54,407 nucleotides of DNA from Acidimicrobiales bacterium (GCA_044350215.1 JBILIB010000001.1:1-54407); one strand, 5' to 3'. Numbered from the stretch's first letter, positions 19,417-31,587 are shown. Numbers and translations: made by a program. The notes: generated from the letters alone by a model not told the origin.

Positions 19417-20490
19417 GTGAGCAACCTTGTGAAGACGACGCGCACTATCTCCATCACCGCCATCCTCCTCGCCCTCGTGCTTTCCCTCGTGGGCAGTTCA
19501 TGTTCGGCGGTGAACCCAACCGCACTGACCGTGAACGACTGGATACTTTCCGATTCGGAGTTCCAGTCGCAGATAGAGGCGTTTGCAAAGGTGTACTCGA
19601 CCTCAGGTGGAGCCAGTGAGCTCAAGTCGGCCGATGGCAACTCGTGGGCGACCTCCTACACGTCTGCCTTCCTAAACGATCAGTTGAGTCTCCAGCTCGC
19701 CCAGGTTGGTGTCGACGAACGCGGCCTCACCGTGACCGATGCGGATCGAGCGGATGCAAGGACACTGCTCGAGCAGAACTTCACCAACGGCTCTGGCACC
19801 TCAGTGTTCAATGAACTTCCGGCGAGTTACCAGCAGACGCTTATCGATGGTGTGGCCGCTCAGAGCGTGCTGGGAGCAGCAGTTATTGCTGAAGCCCAAA
19901 CCGACGAGGGTCTTCGTAATCTTTATGAGGCAACGAAGGATCAGTATCAAGAAGATCTCGTATGCGCGAGCCACATCCTTGTACTCGCGGGTTCGGGTTC
20001 AGGAAACGCGGTTCCGACCGACGCTCAGTACGCGACCGCTCTGACATCGATCAAAGACATCCAGTCGCAGATCAATGGAACATCAAACTTTGCCGAGATC
20101 GCTGCAGCGAAGTCGCAAGATCCCGGATCAGCGACGTCAGGTGGAGCGCTTCCGTGCAGCCCAAAGGGTTCCTATGTGACGGAATTCGATGACGCAGCTT
20201 GGGCGCAGCCGGTTGGGGTTGTGGGTGAACCGGTGAAGACGAGGTTTGGGTATCACATTGTTCTCGTAACGGCTCGTGGCAAGTTGACGTTTGAACAACT
20301 GAAGGATTCGCTGAAGCAGTCTGTTGTTGACAATGCCGACGCGATTGTCGGCGCTGAACTGATGCGTATCGCCTCAACGGCAAACGTGTCGGTTAACCCT
20401 CGGTACGGTCAGTTTGATGCAGCGACAGCGAAAATCATTGCTCCCTCAGGCGCCACCTCCACCACGGTCGCCGGACTTCCGTTGCAGTGA
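19417..20490 (+). CDS. Exported parvulin-type peptidyl-prolyl isomerase (PrsA/SurA-like lipoprotein)
   Basis: Signal peptide with Cys; ASHILV, SQDPGS..GG.L, PVKTRFGYHIV, VNPRYG. Confidence 0.88.
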   Translation: MSNLVKTTRTISITAILLALVLSLVGSSCSAVNPTALTVNDWILSDSEFQSQIEAFAKVYSTSGGASELKSADGNSWATSYTSAFLNDQLSLQLAQVGVDERGLTVTDADRADARTLLEQNFTNGSGTSVFNELPASYQQTLIDGVAAQSVLGAAVIAEAQTDEGLRNLYEATKDQYQEDLVCASHILVLAGSGSGNAVPTDAQYATALTSIKDIQSQINGTSNFAEIAAAKSQDPGSATSGGALPCSPKGSYVTEFDDAAWAQPVGVVGEPVKTRFGYHIVLVTARGKLTFEQLKDSLKQSVVDNADAIVGAELMRIASTANVSVNPRYGQFDAATAKIIAPSGATSTTVAGLPLQ

Positions 20491-20503
20491 TCTGCACTCG
20501 CCG

Positions 20504-21868
20504 ATGATGCCTCGAGTTGTCATCGTTGGGCTCGGGCCTGGCGATGTTGAACTCCTGACTCTCGGTACTCGTGAGTCGATCGACACGATCGCAACGCAGT
20601 TCGTTCGAACACGTCGACACCCAGCTGCGGTCGTGATGGAAGCGGCGACATCATTCGACGATGTCTATGAAACGGCGGCTTCTATCGAGGAGGTCTACCC
20701 CGAGATCGTCGAACGATTGATCGAGGCTGCGACCGAGGCAGGTCTAGTCCTTTATGCCGTTCCTGGTTCGCCGATTGTGGCCGAGCACACGGTGGAGCTC
20801 CTTCTGGCTGATCCTCGTTGCGAGGTTGAAATCATTCCCGCGCTTTCGTTCCTCGATCTCACATGGGCCCGTCTGGGAATCGATCCTGTCTCCGTTGGTG
20901 TGCGCATCATCGATGGTCATCGATTCGCCGTTGAAGCAGCGGGGGAGCGTGGACCACTCTTGGTGGCGCAATGCGACTCGGCCGAGGTGCTCTCCGACGT
21001 GAAGCTTGCGCTCGATGCCGGAATGAATTCGTGTCTTGCGGCCGATGCCACTGTGACGGTGTTGCAGCGACTAGGGCTACCTGATGAAGTCGTCGAGGAA
21101 ATTCCTTGGGCAGAAATCGATCGAATAGCGGCCGACCATCTCACCTCGATTTTTCTTCCTGAACTCTCTGCCCCGGTCGCCCAAGAGTTGGTTCGTTTCG
21201 CGGAACTCGTCGCGGTATTGCGCGCCGAATGTCCTTGGGACCGCGAGCAAACCCATGAGTCTCTTCGTCGTCATCTCCTTGAAGAGTCCTACGAACTCCT
21301 TGAAGCCATCGACCATCTCGATGTCGAAGCCGGCACTGGCTATGAACATTTGGAAGAAGAACTTGGGGATCTGCTTTTCCAGGTGCTCTTCCATAGTCAG
21401 TTGGCATCGGAAGAAGGTCAGTTCACGATTGCTGATGTCGCTCTCAACGTTCACGACAAATTGCGATCTCGTCACCCGCATGTTTTTGGTGACGTCGAGG
21501 CTGAGGACGCTGACGCAGTGGTGAGTAACTGGGAACAGATCAAGAAGGAAGAAAAGGGTCGCGAGAGCATCTTCGATGGCGTTCCCGACGCGATTCCCGC
21601 ATTGCTCTACGCACTCAAGATTCAAAAGAAGGCTGGATCGCTTACGGGCCTTGATCCGAGCGCTCTGCCTGTCCCAGAGTCGATCGAGGCGACACTTCGG
21701 GAATTTGGGGCGTCGATCGATGATCAAACCACCGGCGCGCTGTTGTTCGCGATCGTCGATGAGGCCCGGCGTGCTGGGATTGATCCCGAGACGGCACTGC
21801 GCGCAGCAGCGGTGAACTACCGCGATGCCGCTCGGAGTGCTGAACTAGGGGTGCGCGCGGATATCTGA
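20504..21868 (+). CDS. mazG: YabN-type tetrapyrrole-methylase-like/MazG nucleotide pyrophosphohydrolase fusion
   Basis: VGLGPG, YAVPGSP; CPWDREQTHESL, EELGDLLFQ, RHPHVF, NWEQIK. Confidence 0.92.
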   Translation: MMPRVVIVGLGPGDVELLTLGTRESIDTIATQFVRTRRHPAAVVMEAATSFDDVYETAASIEEVYPEIVERLIEAATEAGLVLYAVPGSPIVAEHTVELLLADPRCEVEIIPALSFLDLTWARLGIDPVSVGVRIIDGHRFAVEAAGERGPLLVAQCDSAEVLSDVKLALDAGMNSCLAADATVTVLQRLGLPDEVVEEIPWAEIDRIAADHLTSIFLPELSAPVAQELVRFAELVAVLRAECPWDREQTHESLRRHLLEESYELLEAIDHLDVEAGTGYEHLEEELGDLLFQVLFHSQLASEEGQFTIADVALNVHDKLRSRHPHVFGDVEAEDADAVVSNWEQIKKEEKGRESIFDGVPDAIPALLYALKIQKKAGSLTGLDPSALPVPESIEATLREFGASIDDQTTGALLFAIVDEARRAGIDPETALRAAAVNYRDAARSAELGVRADI

Positions 21869-21922
21869 CCGTCCCCACTGCTCGCGCGTCGACGTGGAAA
21901 ACTTCCACCCAAGCCCCATTGA

Positions 21923-23224
<1,302 letters not shown>

Positions 23225-23226
23225 TC

Positions 23227-23676
23227 ATGGCTCGTCTTCCCCGTCGATCACGCGCGGAGTCGTCCGCGTCGCGGAAGCGCTCCGACGCGCCCGCGAAGTC
23301 TTCGGGGCCCAAACACGCCAAACCACAGCGTTCGTTGCTGGCCCGATCCACATGGATTGTCACGCCGATCATTTTGGTGATCCTGACGGTTGCCGTGGTT
23401 GCCTTTCTTGCTCCGACACGCACGTTGCTTGATCAGCGCAGAACTGCTGCGACCGTTGAGCAGCGATTGGCCGAAATTGATCAGGCGAATGCCGATGCAC
23501 AGGCCCAAGCCGATGCACTCAAGACCGATGCGGAGATTGAACGCATTGCCCGTGAGCAATATGGCTACGCCAAGGCTGGCGAGGAGGTCTACCACCTGCT
23601 TCCGGAGGCTCAAGATCCGGTCCGAGTCCCCGACGCTTGGCCGTTCGAGGGTTTGGGTTCCTCTCTCACCCGCTGA
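23227..23676 (+). CDS. ftsB: Septum formation initiator FtsB/DivIC
   Basis: One TM, coiled coil, IERIAREQYGYAKAGE; follows eno. Confidence 0.88.
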   Translation: MARLPRRSRAESSASRKRSDAPAKSSGPKHAKPQRSLLARSTWIVTPIILVILTVAVVAFLAPTRTLLDQRRTAATVEQRLAEIDQANADAQAQADALKTDAEIERIAREQYGYAKAGEEVYHLLPEAQDPVRVPDAWPFEGLGSSLTR

Positions 23677-23735
23677 GTAGGTTCCCAACAGTCGTCCACT
23701 AACCTCTGATTGCCGCAACGGCACCTCGAGGGGGA

Positions 23736-26054
23736 GTGAACCACATGAGCGTGATGGGAACCCGTGTACAGCGTCGGGAAGATCCACTGTTCTTAACCGG
23801 CGGCGCCCGATACACCGCCGATCTTCAAGAGCCACTGCTTGAAGGGGCGCTCCATGCGCATTTTGTTCGATCGACAATCGCTCATGCGCGCATTACCGAA
23901 CTCGATGTTTCTGAAGCGCTCGCTGCACCAGGAGTCGTTGCGGTGTTTACCGCTGCAGATGTCGCCGAATCCGGTGACCTTTCCGCACCACCTCCTGCTA
24001 TTCCCGGCATGATCCCGGACATTCTCGCTCGGCCATGGCTCGCAACCGATGTTGTCCGTTACGTCGGCGAGGCAATTGTCGTCATCGTCGCCGAATCTGC
24101 TGTCGCCGCCGAGGACGCCTCTGAACTCGTGATTGTCGATTTCGATCCACTCGACGCGGTTGTCGATCCGGTGTTTGCCGCGACCGATCAGGTCCTGTTG
24201 CATCCTGAGCACGGTTCCAACACGGCGCTCGAAGTTCCGTTTGGGTTCACCGAAGAGTTATTCGACGGTTGCGAAGTTGTCGTCACTCGCGACATCGTCA
24301 ATCAGCGCGTCGCCGTTGCCCCTCTTGAACCTCGCGGTGTCGCGGTTGTGTGGCACGAAGGTCGTCTGATCGCATGGGTATCCACCCAAGCCCCACATTC
24401 GGTCAAGGGCAAGCTCGCTGGCGTTTATGAACTTGAGCCGCAACAAGTTCATGTGATCGCTCCTGCTGTTGGCGGCGGGTTCGGCGCAAAGATCAATCTT
24501 CAGACCGATGAACTTTTGCTGCCGTGGGTTTCACGCAAAGTCAACCGACCAATCCGTTGGGCCGAGTCGCGTAGCGAGTCAATGGTGTCGATGCCGCACG
24601 GTCGCGGTCAGGTTCACAAGATCGAAATCGGGGGCTCGAAAGAGGGCAAGGTTGAGGCCTATCGACTCACCGTCCTGCAAGACGTCGGCGCCTATCCGGG
24701 CATGGGCACATTTCTCCCGTTCATGACTCGCACGATGGCTCCGGGCACCTACGACATCCCAAAGGTCGAATGCAATACCAAGTCAGTGATGACAAACACC
24801 ACGCCGATTGAGGCCTATCGCGGTGCAGGTCGTCCCGAGGCAACTGCGGCTATTGAACGCGCATTCGACCTCTTCGCTGCCGAAATCGGCATGGACCCAG
24901 TCGAGGTGCGTCGACGCAACCTCATTGCCGCCGATGCGTTTCCCTTCACCACGCAGACCGGCGCGATCTACGACAGCGGCGACTACCAGGCGGCGCTCGA
25001 TCTCGCACTTGCCGAAGCTGACTACGAAGCCTTGCGTGCCGAACAAGCTGCTCGTCGTGCGGCGGGCGATCCGGTGCAACTGGGCATTGGTGTTTGTGTC
25101 TATGTCGAGATCACTGCTGGCCCGGCCGGTAGCCATGGCGAGTTCGCCAAGGTTGTCCTCGATAAGAACGGTGGACTCACGGTGTACACCGGCTCCTCAT
25201 CGCACGGCCAGGGTCACAACACCGCGTGGGCGATGCTTGCCAGTGATCTCACTGGCATTCCGATGGATGCCATCGAAGTCGTTGCCGGCGATACCGACCG
25301 TGTTGCCGAAGGTATGGGCACGATGGGCTCCCGCTCATTGCAGTTGGGTGGTTCGGCGGTCTGGACCGCAACTGAGCAGGTTGTCGACAAGGCACGCCAG
25401 GTTGCGGCCGAACTCCTTGAAGCAAATGTGGCCGACATCGAACTCGATATGGATCGTGGGGTGTTTCACGTCGCTGGCACTCCGAGCGTTTCCAAAACTT
25501 GGGCCGAGGTCGGAACCGCTGGCGACATCGTTGACCCGATCGGTGGTGGTGCGATGGGGCTGCCAATCGAAGCCTCACTCACCTTCAGTGCCGAGAACGC
25601 GACATTCCCGTTTGGTGCGCATGTGGCCGAGGTTGAGGTCGACACCGAAACCGGCAAGGTCACATTGCGCCGTATCGTCACCTGTGACGATGCGGGACGC
25701 ATCTTGAACCCACTTATCGTCGAGGGTCAGCGTCACGGTGGCATTGCTCAAGGTGTGGGACAAGCGCTGTTCGAACACATGATGTATGACGAAGACGGAA
25801 ATCCGCAGACCTCGAACTTTGCTGATTATGCGTTTGGTTCGGCAGCCGAGTTCCCGAGTTTCGATCTCGTTCCGCTCGAGACTCCCTCTCCGGTGAATCC
25901 TCTCGGCGCGAAGGGCATCGGCGAATCGGGCGCAATTGGCGGTACCCCTGCAGTTCAGAGCGCAGTTATCGACGCATTGTCACCGTATGGTGTCACTCAC
26001 CTCGATATGCCGTACACCGCCGAGCGCGTGTGGCGCGCCGTTACTGGACTCTGA
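23736..26054 (+). CDS. coxL: Xanthine dehydrogenase-family Mo subunit, form II CoxL-like
   Basis: GGGFG, AYRGAGR (24813-24833), HGQG, GAKGIGESG. Start 23736 or 23745. Confidence 0.9.
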   Translation: MNHMSVMGTRVQRREDPLFLTGGARYTADLQEPLLEGALHAHFVRSTIAHARITELDVSEALAAPGVVAVFTAADVAESGDLSAPPPAIPGMIPDILARPWLATDVVRYVGEAIVVIVAESAVAAEDASELVIVDFDPLDAVVDPVFAATDQVLLHPEHGSNTALEVPFGFTEELFDGCEVVVTRDIVNQRVAVAPLEPRGVAVVWHEGRLIAWVSTQAPHSVKGKLAGVYELEPQQVHVIAPAVGGGFGAKINLQTDELLLPWVSRKVNRPIRWAESRSESMVSMPHGRGQVHKIEIGGSKEGKVEAYRLTVLQDVGAYPGMGTFLPFMTRTMAPGTYDIPKVECNTKSVMTNTTPIEAYRGAGRPEATAAIERAFDLFAAEIGMDPVEVRRRNLIAADAFPFTTQTGAIYDSGDYQAALDLALAEADYEALRAEQAARRAAGDPVQLGIGVCVYVEITAGPAGSHGEFAKVVLDKNGGLTVYTGSSSHGQGHNTAWAMLASDLTGIPMDAIEVVAGDTDRVAEGMGTMGSRSLQLGGSAVWTATEQVVDKARQVAAELLEANVADIELDMDRGVFHVAGTPSVSKTWAEVGTAGDIVDPIGGGAMGLPIEASLTFSAENATFPFGAHVAEVEVDTETGKVTLRRIVTCDDAGRILNPLIVEGQRHGGIAQGVGQALFEHMMYDEDGNPQTSNFADYAFGSAAEFPSFDLVPLETPSPVNPLGAKGIGESGAIGGTPAVQSAVIDALSPYGVTHLDMPYTAERVWRAVTGL

Positions 26055-26066
26055 GTTGAATTCAAC
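26055..26066. promoter_or_regulatory. Perfect 12-bp palindrome GTTGAATTCAAC, candidate operator
   Basis: Directly after coxL stop and 3 nt before small ORF ATG. Confidence 0.35.
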
Positions 26067-26069
26067 ACG

Positions 26070-26216
26070 ATGACGCAACCAATCAACCCCAAACCACGCC
26101 AAGAACCTGCGGTGAAGCAACGTTGGCAAAGTTCAGCGAAGTGGACCCTCATCGCGTCGGTCGGGGTGACTGTTGGGATGTTTCTCGTCTTCTATTTCTT
26201 GTTCCTGAGAGGTTGA
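26070..26216 (+). CDS. Small single-TM hypothetical protein (48 aa)
   Basis: Hand translation MTQPINPKPRQEPAVKQRWQSSAKWTLIASVGVTVGMFLVFYFLFLRG; fills the coxL-pirin gap. Confidence 0.6.
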   Translation: MTQPINPKPRQEPAVKQRWQSSAKWTLIASVGVTVGMFLVFYFLFLRG

Positions 26217-26223
26217 ACAAGCC

Positions 26224-26928
26224 ATGACGATTGAAATTCGTGCTGCAGCAAGCCGAGGTGAAACTCAGATCGGTTGGCTTGACTCAAAGCACAGTTTCAG
26301 TTTCGGCTCCTATGTTGATCACACAAACACTGGCCATGGTCTCCTGATCGTAAGTAACGACGACCGAGTTGCACCGGCAACAGGTTTTGGTACGCACGGT
26401 CACGCCGATATGGAAATCATCACCTGGGTGCTTTCAGGCGAGGTTGAACATTCCGACACGCTCGGTAATCACGGCATCATTCGGCCCGGACTCGCACAAC
26501 GCATGTCTGCGGGCACCGGTATTCGTCATTCGGAACACAATCCCAGTCCCGACGTCGAGGCCCATTTTGTGCAGATGTGGGTACCACCCGATACGCAAGG
26601 CATTGATCCGGGCTATGAACAGCAAGAGGTTGGCCACTTGTTGGATGCGGGCGGGCTTGTTGCGATCGCTGGTGGTCCAGACAGTGGTGCGGTCATCATC
26701 ATCAATCAGCGCGATGCCGTGATGTACGCAGGACGCCTCAAGGCAGGCGAATCTGTATCGATCCCCGTTGCGCCCCATGTTCACCTCTTCGTAGCGCTCG
26801 GCTCGGCAAGGTTGAACGAGTCCGAGGAACTCGGTGAGGGGGATGCCCTTCGCCTTACCGATGAGGGCTCCCACACGATCATGGCGGGTCCAGAAGGCGC
26901 AGAAGTCATTGTCTGGGCTACTGCCTGA
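26224..26928 (+). CDS. Pirin family protein
   Basis: WLDSKHSFSF, HGHADMEI, HSD, MSAGTGIRHSE, QMW. Confidence 0.93.
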   Translation: MTIEIRAAASRGETQIGWLDSKHSFSFGSYVDHTNTGHGLLIVSNDDRVAPATGFGTHGHADMEIITWVLSGEVEHSDTLGNHGIIRPGLAQRMSAGTGIRHSEHNPSPDVEAHFVQMWVPPDTQGIDPGYEQQEVGHLLDAGGLVAIAGGPDSGAVIIINQRDAVMYAGRLKAGESVSIPVAPHVHLFVALGSARLNESEELGEGDALRLTDEGSHTIMAGPEGAEVIVWATA

Positions 26929-26973
26929 GGTTCACTTCGAAGGTACGAGGCGACCACCGGTAGCCTGCCGATT

Positions 26974-27885
26974 GTGAGTTCCGCTACCCCCGCATCTGTC
27001 GCTGACGTTGTCTCCGGTCTTGCCGCCAATGGCTATCTGTCCGACGAGGGATTAGCGACCGCAATTTTCCTTTCCTTGACGATGGGGCGTCCCCTTTTGC
27101 TCGAAGGGGAACCCGGTGTCGGAAAGACCGAAGTGGCAAAGGCGCTGAGCGCACTTACCGGAGGCGAGTTACTCCGACTCCAGTGCTACGAAGGACTCGA
27201 CGCATCGCAAGCGCTGTACGAGTGGGATTACCCGCGACAGCTGCTGCACCTGCGTGCTGCTGAGGCGGCTGGAACAATCAGTTCCGATGTCGCTGTTGTC
27301 GAGAATGAGCTCTATAGCGAGCGGTTTCTGGTGCGTCGCCCGCTCTTGGACGCGATCTCTGATCGTCACCACATTGCGCCAGTTCTGCTTATCGATGAAC
27401 TTGATCGCGCTGATGACGAGTTCGAGGCGTTTTTGCTGGAAGTGCTTGCCGACAACGCGGTGACGATTCCCGAACTCGGTACGTTTCGAGCAACAGTTCC
27501 ACCAATCGTGATCATCACATCGAATCGCACCCGTGATGTACACGATGCGCTGAAGCGCCGTTGCTTGTACCACTGGGTGGAGCATCCTGATCTTGAACGC
27601 GAGATCGCCATTGTTCAATCGCGCGTTCCTGGAGCAAACGAAGTTCTCTCGCGTCAGGTCTCGCGGCTGGTGGCTGAACTTCGGACAATTGGTTTATTCA
27701 AACCTCCGGGTGTCGCCGAGACAATCGATTGGGTGATGGCACTAACAGCATTAGGTCGTACTGAACTCGATGCGTCATCTGTTAATGCATCTCTTGGTGC
27801 TGTCGTGAAATATCGCGAAGACGCAGATCGAGTTCGTGCTCGTGGAATCGACGCGCTGGTCGAATCCGCAATGAATGCCGACTGA
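26974..27885 (+). CDS. coxD: MoxR-family AAA+ ATPase (CoxD-like)
   Basis: GEPGVGKT, LQCYEG, IDELD, DALKRRC, KPPGVAETIDW; TAGCCT -10 (26961-26966) 7 nt upstream. Confidence 0.9.
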   Translation: MSSATPASVADVVSGLAANGYLSDEGLATAIFLSLTMGRPLLLEGEPGVGKTEVAKALSALTGGELLRLQCYEGLDASQALYEWDYPRQLLHLRAAEAAGTISSDVAVVENELYSERFLVRRPLLDAISDRHHIAPVLLIDELDRADDEFEAFLLEVLADNAVTIPELGTFRATVPPIVIITSNRTRDVHDALKRRCLYHWVEHPDLEREIAIVQSRVPGANEVLSRQVSRLVAELRTIGLFKPPGVAETIDWVMALTALGRTELDASSVNASLGAVVKYREDADRVRARGIDALVESAMNAD

Positions 27886-29052
27886 GTGACCGCAATGGAC
27901 GACGACGGAATCCTGGGACTCGTTGAGTTGCTGCGAACAGCAGGTCTATCGGTGCCAGTTGGAAATCTGATTACGTTCACTGAGGCAGTGGCGATCATTG
28001 GTGATGATCTTCGTTCGCTGTATTGGTGTGGCCGCGCGACGTTGACACATTCACCAATCGATATCGAGTTGTACGACCATGTTTTCCGACATTGGATTCT
28101 TGGCACGGAACTCGGTCTGACCGAGGCGGTAATGCGTTCGCCTGAGCCGCTTCTTGTCGACGATGACGAAAGGCTCGATGACGAGCAGACAGACCGCGCA
28201 GATGTCGAGACTGAAGATGGCACGGTCCTTCGTTTCAGCCGTACGGAAACGCTCAGGTCAATGGATTTCGCCGATCTGGATGACGAGGAACGACTGGAGG
28301 TCGATCGTCTCATCGCTGACATGCGTCTAACTGCGACGATGCGCCGGTCGCGTCGGCGTCGTCCGTCGAAACGATCCTCTGGTGTTCCTGATCTTCGCCG
28401 TACCGTTCGTGAGTCGCTCCGTACCGGCGGGGAACCCATCAATCGACGAACATTGCAACGCACTCGCGTGGCCCGTCGGGTCGTGATTATTGCCGATATC
28501 AGTGGTTCGATGGCTGCCTACAGTCGCTCGCTGATTCGCTACGCACACGCAGCGGTGTCAGCTCGCAGTCGAGTTGAGGCATTTGCGTTGGGCACACGCC
28601 TGACCCGACTGACTCGGGAACTCGATACCCACGATCCTGACCAAGCTTTGCAGCGCGCAGCTGAGTCAGTCGAGGACTGGTCGGGTGGCACGCGATTAGG
28701 TGAGGGTCTTCGACAGTTCAACGATGACTGGGGTACACGGGGGATGGCTCGCGGCGCAGTCATCGTCATCCTGTCCGATGGCTGGGATCGCGGAGAACCT
28801 GAACGCTTAGCAAGCGAAATGGCCCGACTTTCGCGCGTGGCTCACCAGATTGTTTGGGTGAATCCGTTGAAGGCTTCTGATGGGTACGCGCCGTTGGCTC
28901 GAGGTATGGCAGCCGCATTGCCATACGTTGACGATTTCATCGAGGGCCATTCTCTTGGTGCACTTGATCGCCTCTCATCCATACTCTCGGGTGGCAGTTC
29001 AGGCCCCGTACGATCAAGATCCGCGTCTACGCCCGAGGAGGTGACCCGATGA
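27886..29052 (+). CDS. coxE: VWA domain protein CoxE-like
   Basis: DISGSM, WSGGTRLG, LSDGWD, WVNPL. Confidence 0.9.
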   Translation: MTAMDDDGILGLVELLRTAGLSVPVGNLITFTEAVAIIGDDLRSLYWCGRATLTHSPIDIELYDHVFRHWILGTELGLTEAVMRSPEPLLVDDDERLDDEQTDRADVETEDGTVLRFSRTETLRSMDFADLDDEERLEVDRLIADMRLTATMRRSRRRRPSKRSSGVPDLRRTVRESLRTGGEPINRRTLQRTRVARRVVIIADISGSMAAYSRSLIRYAHAAVSARSRVEAFALGTRLTRLTRELDTHDPDQALQRAAESVEDWSGGTRLGEGLRQFNDDWGTRGMARGAVIVILSDGWDRGEPERLASEMARLSRVAHQIVWVNPLKASDGYAPLARGMAAALPYVDDFIEGHSLGALDRLSSILSGGSSGPVRSRSASTPEEVTR

Positions 29053-29363
29053 AGGAAATCATGGACGACATTGATCGATGGCGCCGCGCTGGTCATCGTG
29101 TTGCACTTGCTCGTGTCGTCGACATCGAAGGTTCGGGTCCAAGGCTTCCAGGCGCGTCGATGGCTGTTGCCGACACTGGTGAGGTAGCCGGTTCCGTTTC
29201 GGGCGGTTGTGTCGAAGGTGCAGTGGTTTCCGAAGCTCTTGACATTCTCGCGACGGGTGATCGTCGCGTCGTCACCTTTGGTTACAGCGATGACGAGGCA
29301 TTCGCCGTCGGTCTCACCTGTGGAGGGACCATCCATCTGTTCATCGAACCTTTGGATTGGTGA
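29049..29363 (+). CDS. XdhC/CoxI N-terminal domain protein
   Basis: GSGPR, GSVSGGCVE, GLTCGG. Confidence 0.88.
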   Translation: MKEIMDDIDRWRRAGHRVALARVVDIEGSGPRLPGASMAVADTGEVAGSVSGGCVEGAVVSEALDILATGDRRVVTFGYSDDEAFAVGLTCGGTIHLFIEPLDW

Positions 29364-30157
29364 ACGAAATGTCCGAATCGATCTATGAACTTTGGCGTGC
29401 CGCGGTCAACGACCATCGCCCTATCGCTTTAGCGACGGTGATTGAAGGCGAGCACGTGGGCTCCAAAGTCATCGTCGGCGATGGCATCGAGCCGACCGGC
29501 ACACTCGGCGACGCCGATCTTGATCGAGTTGTTATTCGAGACACCATCGGTGAACTTGCTGGTGGCCGAAGCGGAGTGCGCCACTACGGTCTTCATGGCG
29601 AGGCCCGTGAAGATGCGGTTTCAATTTTCATTGAATCGTTTGCTCCACCTCCGCAGATGTTGATTTTCGGAGCGGTGGATTTCACTGGGGCCCTCGTGAA
29701 GGTCGCCAAGGTCATGGGCTACCGCGTCACGGTCTGCGACGCGCGTGAGGTTTTTGCTACAAAGCGCCGGTTTCCTTCCGCCGACGAAGTCGTCGTCGAT
29801 TGGCCCCATCGCTATCTTGAAAAAGTTGGCGATCGCTTGTGTCAGCGAGACGCCGTCTGTGTGCTTACACACGACCACAAGTTCGACGTGCCCGCTATTC
29901 AGGCTGCGCTTGCGACTGGCGTTGGGTATCTCGGCGCTATGGGAAGTCGCCGTACTTGTGCTGAGCGGCTTGAGCGTCTCGCCGAGGCTGGTGCCGACAT
30001 GGATCAGGTCAATCAACGCCTTCATGCGCCGATCGGGCTTGATCTGGGCGGACGAACGCCAGAAGAAACGGCAATTGCTATTTGTGCCGAGGTCATTTCG
30101 GCACGAACTGGTCGTGTGAGCACGTCGCTTAGCGATACGACCGGCAGCATTCACTAA
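29360..30157 (+). CDS. xdhC: XdhC family Mo-cofactor chaperone (C-terminal Rossmann part)
   Basis: IFGA, THDHKFD, YLGAMGS, PIGLDLGG.TPEE; start GTG 29360 (GTGA overlap) or ATG 29369. Confidence 0.88.
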   Translation: MNEMSESIYELWRAAVNDHRPIALATVIEGEHVGSKVIVGDGIEPTGTLGDADLDRVVIRDTIGELAGGRSGVRHYGLHGEAREDAVSIFIESFAPPPQMLIFGAVDFTGALVKVAKVMGYRVTVCDAREVFATKRRFPSADEVVVDWPHRYLEKVGDRLCQRDAVCVLTHDHKFDVPAIQAALATGVGYLGAMGSRRTCAERLERLAEAGADMDQVNQRLHAPIGLDLGGRTPEETAIAICAEVISARTGRVSTSLSDTTGSIH

Positions 30158-30200
30158 CACGTTCGTGCGAATGTCTGATCGCCTAAAGGGCGATCGTCAT

Positions 30201-31028
30201 TTAGGACAGGCCGGACTCTTCAAGCGAACGACGTACAAGAACGCGGGCCAGATGCTCGCGGTACTCAGACGACGCGTTGATGTCGCTCTGTGCTTCGGTT
30301 CCCTCGTTGGCAAACGCTGCAGCGTCGGCAGCATTTGCGCCGGACTTCACTGCGTCCATCACCGCACTCGCAAGCAGCGGGGTCGAACCCATGTTGACAA
30401 GTGCGACGCCGGCGGAGCCATTGGCGCGAACAGTAGCGACACCGACAATGGCCCAGTCCTGAGCGCGACGGTTGAACTTCTGAAACGACCAACCCTGTGT
30501 GTCGAGCTTCGGGACGCGGATCTCGGTGAGCAACTCATCGGGAGCAAGCGCAGATTCAAGGAATCCGGTGAAGAAGTCAGATGCCGCTATTTCTCGGGAT
30601 CCGTTGGGGCCGGTCGCCACAAGTGTGCCGCCCATCGCGAGGATGACTGCCGGAAGATCAGATGCGGGATCGGCGTGGGCGAGAGAACCGCCGATGGTGC
30701 CACGATGGCGAACCTGCGGATCGCCGACATGGCCGGCTGCGTGTGCAAGCAGTGGCGCATCTGCGGCCAACATCGTGCTGATTTCGAGATCGCGGTGACG
30801 CGTGAGTGCTCCAATGGCGATGTGATCGCCGGCATCGTTGATGTAGCGAAGGTCATCGAGGCGGCCAACATCGACAAGGACCGAAGGAGCCGCGAGGCGC
30901 AGCTTCATAAGTGGGAGGAGGGAATGTCCACCAGCAAGGAGCTTGGCTTCGTCGCCATGTTCGGTGAGTGCGGCGAGAGCGGCATCGACGGAGTCGGCAC
31001 GGAGGTAGTCGAACGATGCGGGGATCAC
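30201..31028 (-). CDS. coxM: FAD-binding subunit CoxM-like
   Basis: [23 protein letters not shown]; GTG 31028 overlaps coxS stop. Confidence 0.92.
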   Translation of the reverse strand: MIPASFDYLRADSVDAALAALTEHGDEAKLLAGGHSLLPLMKLRLAAPSVLVDVGRLDDLRYINDAGDHIAIGALTRHRDLEISTMLAADAPLLAHAAGHVGDPQVRHRGTIGGSLAHADPASDLPAVILAMGGTLVATGPNGSREIAASDFFTGFLESALAPDELLTEIRVPKLDTQGWSFQKFNRRAQDWAIVGVATVRANGSAGVALVNMGSTPLLASAVMDAVKSGANAADAAAFANEGTEAQSDINASSEYREHLARVLVRRSLEESGLS

Positions 31029-31498
31029 TTTGATGCCCCGTGTGATTCGGCAGCGCACGCAAGAACGGACTTCACAATGTTGTGATAGCCGGTGCATCGG
31101 CAGAGGTTGCCTTCAAGTCCAATGCGAACATCGGTTTCGGAAGGGTTGGGGTTTTCGTCGAGAAGTGACACTGCTGCCATCACCATGCCAGGAGTGCAGT
31201 ACCCACATTGGAGTCCATGGTTCTCTTGGAAACAGCGCTGCATCGGGTGAAGGGTGTCGCCATCGGCAAGTCCTTCGATCGTGGTTACAGAGAGACCGTC
31301 GACCTGAGCGGCGAGCATCGTGCACGACTTGGCTGACTGGCCTTCAACATGGATGGTGCACGCGCCACACGAAGAGGTGTCGCAGCCGACGTTGGTGCCC
31401 GTGAGGCCCAGTTCATCGCGAAGAAAGTGCACCAGAAGCGTGCGAGGTTCGACGTCGCCGGACCGCTGCTCGCCATTGACCGTCACCGTGATCTGCAT
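31025..31498 (-). CDS. coxS: (2Fe-2S)-binding subunit CoxS-like
   Basis: [27 protein letters not shown]; GAGGGGG RBS. Confidence 0.94.
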   Translation of the reverse strand: MQITVTVNGEQRSGDVEPRTLLVHFLRDELGLTGTNVGCDTSSCGACTIHVEGQSAKSCTMLAAQVDGLSVTTIEGLADGDTLHPMQRCFQENHGLQCGYCTPGMVMAAVSLLDENPNPSETDVRIGLEGNLCRCTGYHNIVKSVLACAAESHGASK

Positions 31499-31587
31499 GT
31501 TCCCCCTCGGCGCGAACCCGCCGGAACTGCACCGGCGAACGGATTGCAGACTAGCCGAGCAGGGGAGCGGATTGGCTCGTCGGATGC

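Noticed and set aside
23736-26054. Bona fide form I aerobic CO dehydrogenase
   Set aside because: Active-site motif is AYRGAGR, not AYxCSFR.
29049-30157. xdhC frameshift pseudogene
   Set aside because: The break falls at a domain boundary with a clean GTGA stop/start overlap, consistent with a natural split.
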